In this document: one piece after another, positions 1 to 12,315 of the stretch
Layout: each line of letters starts with the position of its first letter
How positions within the stretch are numbered: the stretch's first letter is position 1
NCBI RefSeq assembly: GCF_006345805.1
Contig: NC_043005.1
Span: forward strand, 6,014,001 to 6,078,000
Direction: 5' to 3'
From: Octopus sinensis
Lineage: Eukaryota
DNA: 64,000 bases
Notes under the pieces: model-generated
What the model was told of the DNA's origin: nothing
Seen by the model: only the letters and a program-made list of their open reading frames with translations
Database searches by the model: none
Translations under genes and position numbers: made by a program

Positions 1-262
1 GCCAGCATGGAAAACGGACACTAAATGATGATGATGATTATATATATAAACTCTCTCCCTCTCTCTTTTTCTCTCTTCCTCCCTCTCTCTCTTCCTCCCT
101 CTCCCTCCCTGCCTCCTCTCTCTTACATCTTACCCTAACCCTAACTCCACCTCTTGGGCAAAGATGCTTTAGATTTGGTTGGAAAGTGGGATGGTAACGA
201 GCCTCTTTATAAAGGACAGCATTTTGGTACACACACACACACACACATGCATCTGTGCATTT

Positions 263-297
<35 letters not shown>

Positions 298-1118
298 TGC
301 ACACATATCTATAGTTGTACTTGTATTTATACAGATAAACATAGCTGTACACACAAGAAAATTGGCAAAGTTGCTAGAGAGGCAGACAGAATGCTTTGTG
401 GTATTTGTTCTGATTCTCTATACTCCAAGTTCAAATCCCACTAATGTTAGCTTAACACTTTCACCCTTTCAGGGTAGATAAAAAAGGGTACCACTCCAAC
501 AGAGTGGATTGGCAAAACTGTATGAATATCAGACCAGATGCCTTGTGGTATTTGTTCTGGATCTTCTGTTCTTAGTTCAGGTCCTGCTTTGGCCTACTTG
601 GTGGGATCAACTCAATCCATAACCTGATTTAACATAACCACCTGGCCCTTTGCATGCTTTGGCAGGGTCCACTCTGATGCACGACGCATTCAGAACAGGT
701 CTCTGGTTTGAAAGTATCCTCCCTCTCCCCCTTCAATAGTCTGGGATGCCTTGTAAAGGGTCATCGGCATGGCTATCTCTTCTGATTTAAAGATAATACA
801 GACACGCACACACAAATGTGTGTGAGCATGTGTAAGATTATTGAAGATTAAAAAATGCACTTTGGATGCTACCACAGGATATGCTATTTATATACACATA
901 CACACACATATACATACGTGTGTGTGTGTGTGTGTATAATTTGTATGTACATACATAGACCTATGTAAGTGTATGTCTGTGGGTGGTAGGGTGTCTGCTA
1001 AGCTCACAACATAACCAGTTATTTTAATGCCTTCTGTGTTGATTTGTTACCCTTTTCTGCTACCATACCATACACCAGTTTTTGCCTCTGTCTCATTAGA
1101 TAGACAGGCAAACACACA

Positions 1119-1202
<84 letters not shown>

Positions 1203-4200
1203 CAGAGTGGGGAGAGAGGGAGAGAGAAGGGCTGCAAAATTGTGTAGGAGTGTGTGAGGGAGAGATCAACAGAATTTTCGAATAAGGGAGTGAAGGGCAT
1301 AGTCCCTACCCCTTTCCCTACTGGCTCAGATGGGGCTGGGTTGAGAATATTGCCTTCAGACTTGCTCAATCTCTCCCAAGAAAGCCAGCTGCCTACCATT
1401 ATGTTCTTTATTGAGATAATGTTAGAATGTCAGCTTATAACTGACTTTGCTTCTGCTCCCGCTGCTGTCCACACACATTTTGTTTCTCTTTGTCCACACA
1501 ATCTCTTGTCTTTCTTCTCTTTCTTGCCCCATCAGCTCCATCTCCGCTTGGACAAAAAATGCGGTAAAATGGTATCAAAAGTGGGACGGGTGGCGGGGAC
1601 AGTATTTTGGTACATGGAGACTGGTTGACTAGTTGGAATGGATTTAGAAATATCTCTTAAAACGCGGACTAATGCACCTCTCCTTCATCAAGCTGTGTAT
1701 ATATATATGTGTGTATATCTGTGTATGTGTATGATACATGCACACACACACATTATATAACATGTATATTGTATATATGCAAATGTATAATATATATATA
1801 TGTATATATGTGTGTGTGTATATATATATATATATACATACATATATGTGTGTGTGTATGTATATGTATATATGTGTGTGTGTATGTGTATATATGTGTG
1901 TATGTATATATATATGTGTGTGTGTGCGTATGTATGTGTAATGTATATATATATGTATGTATATGTATGTATATATATATATGTATATGTATATACATAT
2001 GTGTATGTATATGCATATATGTATATGAGTATATCTGTATACATATACATACATATACACACACACATACATATATATACATATATTCTTTTATTTGTTT
2101 CAGTCATTTCACTGGCCATGTGTGTGTGTGTATGTATATATGAACATTGTTGAGTCAGTGGTGGAACAGACCAGAAATCCAAAGAGAGGCGTCTAAACAA
2201 GTTAAATATACAACCGCAGAGCTAACAGTTGTATCTCAGAGATTCAAAACTTAAGCAAAGAAACTCCCCCTTTCACTGTAAAGAGTATAAAGAAATTGCA
2301 TTGGCAAGGAGTTCTTGTTTTGGCCAGTCACTGGTTCAATAAACCTTTAGGTGAAATTTGAAATCTCAGTGTGTGTGTGTAGGTTTTAGTATATTCGTGT
2401 TTGTTGTTGCTTACATCTCTCTCTCTCTCTCTCTTTGTATATATGCTTACATTCACTTGCATACATACATATTCTAAATTTAATTGCTGTTTGCTATTGT
2501 TGCTGCAACAGAATTAGTTGTTTTTTGTTTAAAACTTTGAAAAAAAAAAAAAAGACATGTTTCAGAAATAGCTGTCTTATTCCATTCTTCATATTTCTCT
2601 GTCGGACCTATAAAGTGTCTTTTGATGTGACGGCTGTCAAAAGGCAGACCACATACCCTATAGGGGTGGTCTTAGCATAGACATATTTTTATATATATTT
2701 ATATATATATTCGCATAGAAATATTCTCATATAAATATTCACACACATATATATATATATATACACATGTGTATTAGTGTGTGTGTGTGTGTGTATTTGT
2801 TGGGTTGGTATGCAGATGTGTCTGTTTGTATGCATGTGTGTGTGTGTACACATGGATGTGGTACTCCGTCAGTTACAATGATAAGTGTTTCAGTTGATCT
2901 GAACCACGGAACAGCCTGCTCATGAAATAATGTAAGTGGCTGAGCGCTCCACAGACACATGTACCCTTAATGTAGTTCTCAAGGAGATTCATTGTAACAC
3001 ACCAAATGTGACAAGGCTGGACCCTTTGAATTACAGGTATTACTACTAAATTTTGCCAGCTGAATGGACTGGAACAACGAGAAATAAAGTCTCAATGAAC
3101 TACTGGGAATTGAACTCATAACTTTGCAATCATGGGCTGAACTCTAACAACTGTTCCACCTACCTTCACATCATACATACAAAACCACATTCTTTTCTTC
3201 TTTAGGCACAGGGCCTGAAATTTTTGGAGAGGGGGCCAGTCGATTAAATTGACCCCAGTATGCAACTGGTACTTAATTTATCGAACCTGAAAGAATGAAA
3301 GGCAAAGTTGACCTTGGTGGAATTTGAACTCAGAACGTAAAAACAGACAAAATACCTATTTCTTTATTGCCCACAAGGGGCTAAACATAGAGTGGACAAA
3401 CAAGGACAGACAAAGGGATTAAGTCGATTACATCAACCCCAGTTCATTACTGGTACTTAATTTATCGAACCTGAAAGAATGAAAGGCAAAGTCGACCTCG
3501 GTGGAATTTGAACTGAGAATGTAAAAACAGACAAAATACCACTAAGCATTTCGCCCGGTGTGCTAATGTTTCTGCCAGCTTGCTGCCTCAATACAAAACC
3601 ACATTGCACGGGTTTTGGGGTTAAACCAGGTAACAGTGATGAATAAGCACAGGCAGAGCTCTTTCACCAGCCTCTCTAGGCTCTTCTGTATTGCTTATCT
3701 GATGTAATAACTTCAGAAAGCTATCTTCCAATTTTATTTTTATCTAAGGGGTGGTAGGCATAGCTGCATAGTTAAGTAGTTTGCTTCTGAATTCAGTTTT
3801 ACTGTGTGGCACCTTGGACAAATGTCTTCTACCATTTTCTTTTGTCTGACCAAAGCCTTGGTAGTGGATTTGGCAGACAGAAATTGAAAGAGTGTGTGTG
3901 TGTCTTTGTTTTACATTTGCATACTATCAAAGCCATGGGCTCCCAGCTCACAGTTCTCTATCTTCTCCACTTAGTAACTTCACTTTCAAGTTAACACAAA
4001 ACCTCTGTATGGCTACTTTATCTACTAGAAATAGCTGTTGAATATTCCTCAAATAACAGCCTCTCTCTTGATAAAAACAAAAAGTCTTCACATTAGCTAA
4101 TGTAGTTCAGGGTACACTATGCCAGGAACAAAATGAAAGTTAGGATGAACATGACTGGTATACCTCAGAATATACATCTGCTAGAAATAGCAGGCAAATC

Positions 4201-4960
4201 TTCTTCAAATGACACCCTGTTAATTTAAAGAAAATGGTCACATTAGAAAATGTAGTCCAGGGTACAGTGTGCCAGGGATAAAAGAAAATAAATAGGGAGA
4301 GAATGATCATAGCTGGTGTGGTACCTCAGCCCGTACACTTGCTCCAAGTTGAGCTAAACAACAGCAGCGTCAACAACAACATTAATCTCTACCTCGTTAG
4401 CTATACTAATTAATCAGTGTTCTAATGTTACGTACCCCACCTCGTTCCACTTCTGTGACCAAATGATCTAAATTTCAATACCAAAGATATCAGCCCCTTC
4501 TCTCTACTTTAATATCGTGTTAACTAGATAGCTGCCAATTTCTAGAGCATGGCCTGAAATCTTTCCCTTTCCCTCTCAGCCTTTTTCTCTCTTTTCTTCT
4601 CTTCTACCCTCTCTCTCTCTCTCCCTCCTCTTTCCTTACACATACTTGGATATATGTATATCTATCTACCTACTCACCTACACACACATGCATACACATA
4701 TATGTGCGCGCACACACATACACACATATTCATCACCATTATTTAATGACCATGCTCCAAGCTGGCTCAAGTAGAACAGTTTGACAGAATCCGATGGGTC
4801 CAAGGACTGCCTCCTGTTCCCGTGTATGCCTTGGCATGGTTTCTATGGCTGGATGCTCTTCCTCATGACAACCACTTTACAACGTAGACTGGGGCTTTTT
4901 GTGCTACCAACACTAGTGACATCATTATATAGCTTGCAAGACTATATATATATATATATA

Positions 4961-5356
4961 CTAGCAGTATCGCCCGGCGTTGCTCGGGTTGTAAGGGAAA
5001 TAACTATATAAGCATTTTTAGAGAGTTATAGCCAAAAAATAGCCAAAAAATGCATTAAAAATTTAAAAAAAATTAAGGTAAATTTTTTTTTTAAATTGTT
5101 GACACATCGTAGATATTTTTTGAGAGTTACTTCCCTTATATAAAAGCGAAAAAAATGCATTAAAATGGAAAAATATGATGGTAAATTTTTTTTAAATCGT
5201 AGACTCATCGTAGACGCGTGCTAATACCCAGAAGGGCTCGATATGAATCACAACTATAAGATACCCGCTTTTGGTTAAACTGCACCGCAAAATGTGGGAG
5301 TAGTTATGAATCTAAATCGTAGGAGACAGACACACAACTTCACTCTTATATAAAGA
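4961..5356 (-). mobile_element. Non-autonomous Helitron
   Basis: The minus strand reads A|TC...CCCGAGCAACGCCGGG hairpin, 8 nt, CTAG|T. These are canonical 5' TC and 3' hairpin-CTAG ends in an AT target. Internal direct repeats are present. Confidence 0.8.
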
Positions 5357-6192
5357 TGCTTTTTTTTTTCAGTCATAGAGTTAGATTTATGAAGGTCTTC
5401 AGTAGAAAATCCTTCGAATTCTGACTCGCTGCTTGATATAATAAAATTCGTATCCATTTTTTGTCAGAATTACAAATTTTGAAAACACAATAGGAACAAA
5501 TTTCGGAAAAAAATCTCCCATAATTCACGGAATTAAAATTACACTTCGATTTTTGTACAAAACTGTATTTGAAGTGTTTACGAAGTATAATACGTGTTTT
5601 CACGAATGTACTAAAGAGATTTACTCTGATATTCTCATTTAAATATGAATAGGTAAATTCAGGCGGTTTGGTAACGAAAGGGTTTATATAAGTGTCGTCT
5701 GTTTATACATAAACACTGTTTCATACTTTCAGTTTAGTCTTCCTCAAATCACTCTGTCACTATTTACTCTCTTCCAAGAACATTTTCACTCACTCTTATC
5801 TGTTAGCTTGCCATACATTTTACTCATGTATCTATCAGCGTGATAGACAGAAACAAATATTACATCTAGTCTCACTTTATTCGTTGCACACTGTGTGTGT
5901 GCGTTTGCGTGTGCTGTAAACCAGACTAAGAAAAGCATTTGACATACACACCAGAATGTGAGTTTTCTGTAAATTTTGCTTAATTGGAGTTTAAATTTTA
6001 AAAACTGGACCTGGCAAAACCCGATGCATTCTACTCTTAAAAATGCTAGGTAAATTGTAATTGAAAAAATCCTATATTGTAGATTTCTATAACTGACAAA
6101 GGGAGGCAGATAAAATATGCCTTTTATAATAAGAGATATAAGTGTGTGTGTGTGTGTAGAAGGTTGAAAAGGAACACACAAGTTGATATATG

Positions 6193-6467
6193 TATAAGGA
6201 AAAAGTCAAGGTAGAAAATGCTAAAATAATTTTATAAAAACATTTCAGTACCAGTTTCGGTCATTGAGACTTTTTCAACTGTAAGTATGGAAAGTAATTA
6301 AATTTTGGAAAAATTAAATGGAAAGTTTTCATTTAATTTTTCCAAAATTGAATTGTTTTCCATACTTACAGTTGAAAAAGTCTCAATGACCGAAACTGGT
6401 ACTGAAATGTTTTTTATAAAATTATTTTAGCATTTTCTACCTTGACTTCTACCTTGACTTTTTCCTT

Positions 6468-6470
<3 letters not shown>
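6193..6470. repeat. Near-perfect ~280-bp fold-back palindrome carrying two inverted hammerhead-like motifs (6246-6281 on -, 6369-6404 on +)
   Basis: Arms of about 130 nt centred near 6325. Each arm reads CAG-UUGAAAA-AGUC(UCAAU)GACC-GAAA-CUGG-UA^CUG. The right arm has a 12-nt tandem duplication (ctaccttgactt). TA-rich flanks. Confidence 0.9.
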
Positions 6471-6499
<29 letters not shown>

Positions 6500-6544
6500 C
6501 ACACATACACACACACACACACACCCATCCATCCATCCATCCAT

Positions 6545-6700
6545 CGAGAACAAAGGCACTTCCCCATTTTGACTGTTGCACACAACCCATGTCCACTTGT
6601 CTTTGCTCTAGCATCTCTGCAAGCTCACCTGACCTGCATCTCATTATCCCAGCATTTAGGCTGCTCTTCTAAATTTTTGAACTTGATAGGAAGATTAGGG
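6545..6700 (-). pseudogene. RTE LINE endonuclease (APE) N-terminal fragment
   Basis: MRCRSGELAEMLEQRQVDMGCVQQSKW resembles the RTE APE start (MxGRSxExxxMLxRRxVDxxCxQExRW). Confidence 0.65.
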
Positions 6701-7038
6701 AAAGAGTTTCCAGTAGCACTTAAGTAGTCTCCATTTGGTTCTTTGCAGCATTGGGTCTCTGTTTTGCCTTGTGAGATATAACATGCCTCCATCAGTGCTG
6801 GTGCCCGGGGAAAATGTACCCAGTACGCTCTGGAAAGTAGCTGATATTAGGAAAGGCAGCAAACCTTAGAAACCATGCAAAGACTGAGACATTGGTCTTG
6901 TCAAACCATCCAACCTATGGCAGCATAGGAAACAAACATAAAAGATGTTGACAATGTGTGTGTAGGTATGTGTGTGTGTGTGTGTATACACACATATATG
7001 TATACATATATATGTACACACATATATGTATACATATT

Positions 7039-7999
7039 CCTGGGAAAACCCAGGAAAACCTGGGACGAGGTGGTGAAGCACGACCTTCGAACTTTAGGCC
7101 TCACTGAGGAAATGACCAGAGACCGAGACCTTTGGAAATATTCTGTACGTGAGAAGACCAGGCAGGACAAGTGAGCCCAGCCCACTTATGAATGCCTTTC
7201 CTCCCTTGGACACAAAGACCGGTTGAGGCAAGCGAAGTCGATATAGAACCTCATCCGACAACAGACACCCATGCCAACCCCCCATGCTTGCGAAGACATG
7301 TTGGGGCAAGCGAAATCGAAATCGAAACCGAATTGAACCAGCCAGGATCCCTGGCCTGGTGGTACGTAAAAAGCACTATCCGACTCGTGGCCGTGGCACG
7401 TAAAATACTCCAATGCGACCGTACGACAGGCACCCATGCCAACCCCCTTTGCTTGTGAAGACATGTTGGGGCAAGCGAAATCGAAATCGAATTGAACCAG
7501 CCAGGATCCCTGGTCTGGTGGTACGTAAAAAGCACTATCCGACTCGTGGCCGTGGCACGTAAAATAATCCAATGCGACCGTACGACAGGCACCCATGCCA
7601 ACCCCCTTTGCTTGTGAAGACATGTTGGGGCAAGTGAAATCGAAATCGAATTGAACCAGCCAGGATCCCTGGTCTGGTGGTACGTAAAAAGCACTATCCG
7701 ACTCGTGGCCGATGCCAGCACCGCCTCGACTGGCTTCCGTGCCGGTGGCACATAAAATACACCAATCTGACCGTGGCCGTTGCCAGCCCCGCCTGGCACC
7801 TGTGCAGGTGGCACATAAAAAGCACCCACTACACTCACGGAGTGGTTGGCGTTAGGAAGGGCATCCAGCTGTAGAAACATTGCCAGATAAGACTGGAGCC
7901 TGGTGCAGCCTTCTGGCTTCCCAGAACCCCGGTCGAACCGTCCAACCCATGCTAGCATGGAGAACGGACGTTAAACGACGATGATGACGACGACGATGA
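7039..7999 (+). mobile_element. 5'-truncated RTE-clade LINE copy with an expanded 3' UTR and a (GAT/GAC)n tail
   Basis: ORF end GKPRKTWDEVVKHDLRTLGLTEEMTRDRDLWKYSVREKTRQDK* (stop at 7174) is a typical RTE C-terminus. About 160-bp tandem units start at 7266, 7431 and 7590. The family 3' end ...GGAGAACGGACGTTAAACGACGATGAT follows. Confidence 0.85.
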
Positions 8000-8003
8000 T
8001 ATA

Positions 8004-8330
8004 TATAATATAATTCGAGACAAAACCACTATTTTAAAACCAAACAAGGAAAGACTTAATCAATACATAAAATTTTAATATAAATTAAATAAACCGCCAC
8101 TACAATTGTTTCATGTCTGCTACCGACAATCTTCTGAAGATTGTCGGTAGTGGCGGTTTATTTAATTTATATTAAAATTTTATGTATTGATTAAGTCTTT
8201 CCTTGTTTGGTTTTAAAATAGTGGTTTTGTCTCGAATTATATTATATAATATTTTACTATAAAATTGGATTTAACCCTAAATCTGATTTTTCCCTGTAAT
8301 TTTGGATTCATTCCCTAATATTTATTATTA
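8004..8330. repeat. Fold-back palindrome (8004-8246, centre T8135) plus unique tail (8247-8330)
   Basis: The arms are reverse complements except for 20 nt (about 8100-8119) present only in the left arm. The centre is cttc-t-gaag, and CTGAAGA lies at 8134-8140. Confidence 0.9.
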
Positions 8331-8639
8331 TGTATACATATATGTACACATTATAGTGGGGGACACTAAGAATGAATGCTCAGCACCACACACACACACA
8401 CACACGTGCGTGTGCATATAAGATTCATGCACATATTCTTATACTCTTATACTTGTTTCAGTCATTTGACTGAGGCCATGCTAGAGCATCACCTTTAGTT
8501 GAAGAAATTGACCCTAGGACTTATTCTTTGTGAGCCTAGTACTTATTCTATCAGTCACTTTTGCCAAACCACTAAGTTACAGAGATGTAAGCAAACCAAC
8601 ATTGGTTGTCAAGCGATGGTAGCGGGGACAAACACAGAC

Positions 8640-8947
8640 ACGGTGGCATGTAAAAAGCACCATTTGAGTGTGGTCGTTGCCAGTGCTGCCTGGATCATTC
8701 CTGTGCTTGTGGCATGTAAACAGCACCATTCGAGCGTGGTTGTTGCCAGTGCCGCCTAACTGGCCCTATTGCTGGTGGCATATAAAAAGCACCCACTACA
8801 CTCTTGGCATTAGGAAGGGCATCCAGCTATAGAAACCTTGCCAGATCAGACTGGAGCCTGGTGCAGCTTCTGGTTTGCCAGTCCTCGGTCAAACCATCCA
8901 ACCCATCCCAGCATGGAAAGTGGATGTTAAATGACAATAATGATGAT

Positions 8948-8950
<3 letters not shown>
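8640..8950 (+). mobile_element. RTE 3'-end copy nested inside a minus-strand SINE (tail about 8445-8640, head about 9020-9185)
   Basis: Family motifs GGCATTAGGAAGGGCATCCAGC...GTTAAATGAC(AAT/GAT)n separate the two halves of one SINE. Confidence 0.75.
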
Positions 8951-8987
<37 letters not shown>

Positions 8988-9289
8988 CATACTTATAGAT
9001 ATATATACATATATATATACACAATGGGCTTCTTTCAGTTTCCATCTACCAAATTCACTCACAAGGTTTTGGTTGGCCCAAGGCTATAGTAGAGGACATT
9101 TCCCTTAGGTGCCACACCATGGGACTGAACCCGAAAACATGTGGTTGGGAAGCAAGTTTCTTACCACTCAGCCACCCCTGCACCTATCTATGTACATATA
9201 TGGTTTGTATAAAGAACCAAAGACAGAGACAGGTGAGAGAACAACAAATATGGTGTATTAGTTTGACGCTCAGGGAAAGTGGAAGAAGC

Positions 9290-9325
9290 CTTTGGTGTTT
9301 TGAGCCTACATGCGTCTACAGAAAG
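9290..9325 (-). ncRNA. Decayed hammerhead motif (same family), element at about 9205-9460
   Basis: The minus strand reads CUUU-CUGUAGA-cgcatgtaggctc-AAAA-CAC-CAAAG, followed by the family CTGAGCGTCAAACTAATACAC tail. Confidence 0.45.
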
Positions 9326-9774
9326 GAATGAGGAAAGAAAAAAGAACATTTCTGGATCAACTGTTGCAGAGGCTGAATTGACCGGAAGGAAGGAAGTGTC
9401 TGGAGACAAGGGTGACAAGGGAGAAATCAGTGACCTGGCTAAAAGGTGTGTGTATATGTGAAGTTAATGTGTGCTTGTGTATATGTGCGTATGGTTGAGC
9501 ACATGTGTGTGTGTGTGTGAGGATGAAGATTATGTGAGCGTGTATATGTGTATATGAGCATGTATGTGTGTGTATGAGAGAACATATATGTGTATATGTG
9601 TATGGGCCTGTGTGTGAGGCTATATACATACATTTGTTTGTTTGTTTGTACTCCACCTGCCTTCGTCTTTTGTTTATTTTCGTAAACCTTCCCGTTATAT
9701 AAATATAAATATAAATATATATATATAAATCCACAAGTTTTTTTTATTCTCTCTCTGTTTATTTCTTTGTGTTT

Positions 9775-9810
9775 CTTTCTGTTGAAGAGCGTAGGCTCCA
9801 AACATAAAAA
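9775..9810 (+). ncRNA. Decayed hammerhead motif (same family), element at about 9740-9895
   Basis: Reads CUUU-CUGUUGA-A-GAGC(GUAG)GCUC-CAAA-CA-UA-AAAA, with flanks homologous to 25421-25575. Confidence 0.5.
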
Positions 9811-10049
9811 ACTTTCTCACCTTCCCAAGCGTCAAACTAATACACCTGTTTGTTGTTTATACACCTGTCTTCGTCTTTTGTTTTTCTGTAAATTTCAACT
9901 ACACATCCATCCATCCATCCATCCATCCATCCATCCATCCATCCATCCATCCATCCATCCATCCATCCATCCATCCATCCATCATCCATCCATCCTCATC
10001 CATCCATCCATCCATCCATCATCCATCCATCCATCCATCCATCCATCCA

Positions 10050-10127
<78 letters not shown>

Positions 10128-10135
10128 TATATAAG

Positions 10136-10546
10136 CTCTTTTACTCTTCTACTTGTTTCAGTCATTTGACTGTGGCCATGCTGGAGCACCGCCTTTTTTT
10201 TAGTCGAGCAAATCGCCCCCAGGACTTATTCTTTGTAAGCCTAGTACTTACTCTATCGGTCTCTTTTGATGAACCACTAAGTTATGGGGACATAAACACA
10301 CCAGCATCAGTTGTCAAGCGATGTTGGGGGGACAAACACAGACACACAAACGTATACACACGTACATATATATATATACATATATACAATGGGCTTCTTT
10401 CTGTTTCTGTCTTACCAAATCCACTCACAAAGCTTTGGTTGGCCTGAGACTATAGTAGAAGACACTTGCCCAAGGTGCCACGCAGTGGGACTGAACCCGG
10501 GACCATGTGGTTTGTAAGCAAGCTACTTACCACACAGCCACTCCTA
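10136..10546 (-). mobile_element. Full-length tRNA-derived SINE, family A (octopus OR2-like by recollection), with an internal microsatellite
   Basis: Head TGGCTGTGTGGTAAG...GGTTCAGTCCC (A/B-box-like), core CCTTGGGCAAGTGTCTT, tail ...GACTGAAACAAGTA-(A/G)-rich. Other copies: 12881-13276 (+), about 47935-48306 (+), about 52646-52983 (-), and many fragments. Confidence 0.8.
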
Positions 10547-10699
10547 TAAAGCAATTAAGTAACAAGAATGTTCAGGTAATATCTTTGCTACTTATTTACT
10601 TTTTATTCACCTAACTTCGGGCTGTGTGGGTGCTTCAAGTTAAGTACTTAATTCAACTGGATCTTAATTATTTCTTTATACATATACAGACATATATAT

Positions 10700-10785
<86 letters not shown>

Positions 10786-12179
10786 AACATATATGTACGT
10801 ACCTACATCTATATGTTTATATACATGCATATATGGGTACAGGACACCAAAAAAAACGTCAAACACAATGAGAAACGAAAACATAAAAACAGAACCATGG
10901 AAACGGACATTTTTTTTAAACAATGGAAAAACAGGGTACAAGACATACAACACAAGAAAAATTCCCCATCTTCAGCCGCCTCCGTTTCGTCTGCTCCGTG
11001 TTTCGAAGGAAAAGGCGAGACACGACTTCGGTGAAACGGTACTTCCCGCAAAGCAAATATATATATATATAAATATAATGGCAATCCTTCAATATTGGTA
11101 TATGGCATCAAATATGGCATCATTCTCTCACACAACTTTTCCTTGTGATATGAATAAAGAGGGTCGGCTGAGCAAGAGGGTGAATAACATTGTCTCCTCA
11201 CACTGACACTCTGTAGACCAATACTGAAAGAACATCATATATCACTCTTTGTTTCCTCGTTTTGCCCCTACCCCCCTCGCTTTTGTCTTTCCTCTGCCAT
11301 CACTTCTGGCTCCCCCCCCACCTTCACATCTTACAAATTCTATTTCTTCTCTTCACTTCCTAGCTAATTATTGCTTTCTTCCTCTCACTCCACCCCACTT
11401 TGTTTATATTTCTCCTTGCAACCCTCCTCCCGCTTTCTCTCATTCATTAGTTCTCACTCTCTTTCACACTCTTTTCCTATCCCCCCACCCTCCTCTCTCT
11501 GATGTATCTGTCTTCCTCAGATTCTCTCCCCCTCTCTCTGTATCATCTTCTCCCTCCCCCTCCCTATGTGTTCTGATTTCTCTCTCTCTCTAATAAAACC
11601 ATAAAATGTTAAATGGTGCATGAGAGACACTTCCAAACATTCCCATCTTGTTACTTCACTCTTCTCTTTTTTTTGTTCTGCTTTTTTTTTGCCTTTTGTT
11701 TACCATCTTTTACTATTATTTTTCCCCCAGTTTTATTGTTGTTGTTATTGTGGTTGTTGCTATTCCGCATCCGGTCATCCATGATAAAACAAACATATGG
11801 CTCAAGGGATTCGCTCTGTCGCCATCACCAACCAATCATCTGTTTCATTTATTTTCATCTTTCCTTTTCTTGTTTCAATCTTTGGACTGTGGCCACACTG
11901 GGGCACTGGCTTGAAGAGTGTTAGTCAGACAGACCAACCCTGGTACTTGATTCTGTCAGTCTCTTTTGATAAACTGCTAACAGGGACATAAACAAACCAA
12001 CACTGGTTGTTGAGCATTTAGGTGGAACAAACACAGACATAAAGATACATGTATATCTATCTGTCTGTCTGTCTGTCTGTCTGTCTATCCATCTGTCTCT
12101 GTCTATCTCTCTCTTTCTGTCTGTCTGTCTGTCCGTCCGTCCGTCCGTCCGTCCGTCCGTCCGTCCGTCCGTCCGTCTG

Positions 12180-12273
<94 letters not shown>

Positions 12274-12315
12274 TATATATATATATAAACGACGATGATA
12301 ATATTGATATATATA

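Noticed and set aside
131-146. CCCTAA x2 telomere-like repeat
   Set aside because: Only two units; expected by chance or inside repeats.
2620-2672. Two small adjacent hairpins (ttttga/tcaaaa and gaccac/gtggtc)
   Set aside because: Short stems are expected by chance in 64 kb, and no second copy was seen.
7266-7712. Regularly spaced ~160-bp repeats resembling a CRISPR-like array
   Set aside because: The units are contiguous tandem copies with no unique spacers, they lie inside an RTE 3' UTR, and the context is eukaryotic.
10840-11056. TA-flanked element with CTGAAGA and two GAAAC on the minus strand, and an AC-UUCG-GU-GAAA hairpin on the plus strand
   Set aside because: The motif order and pairing do not give a consistent stem I/II/III in any hammerhead topology in this copy. 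Worth re-testing on a family consensus.
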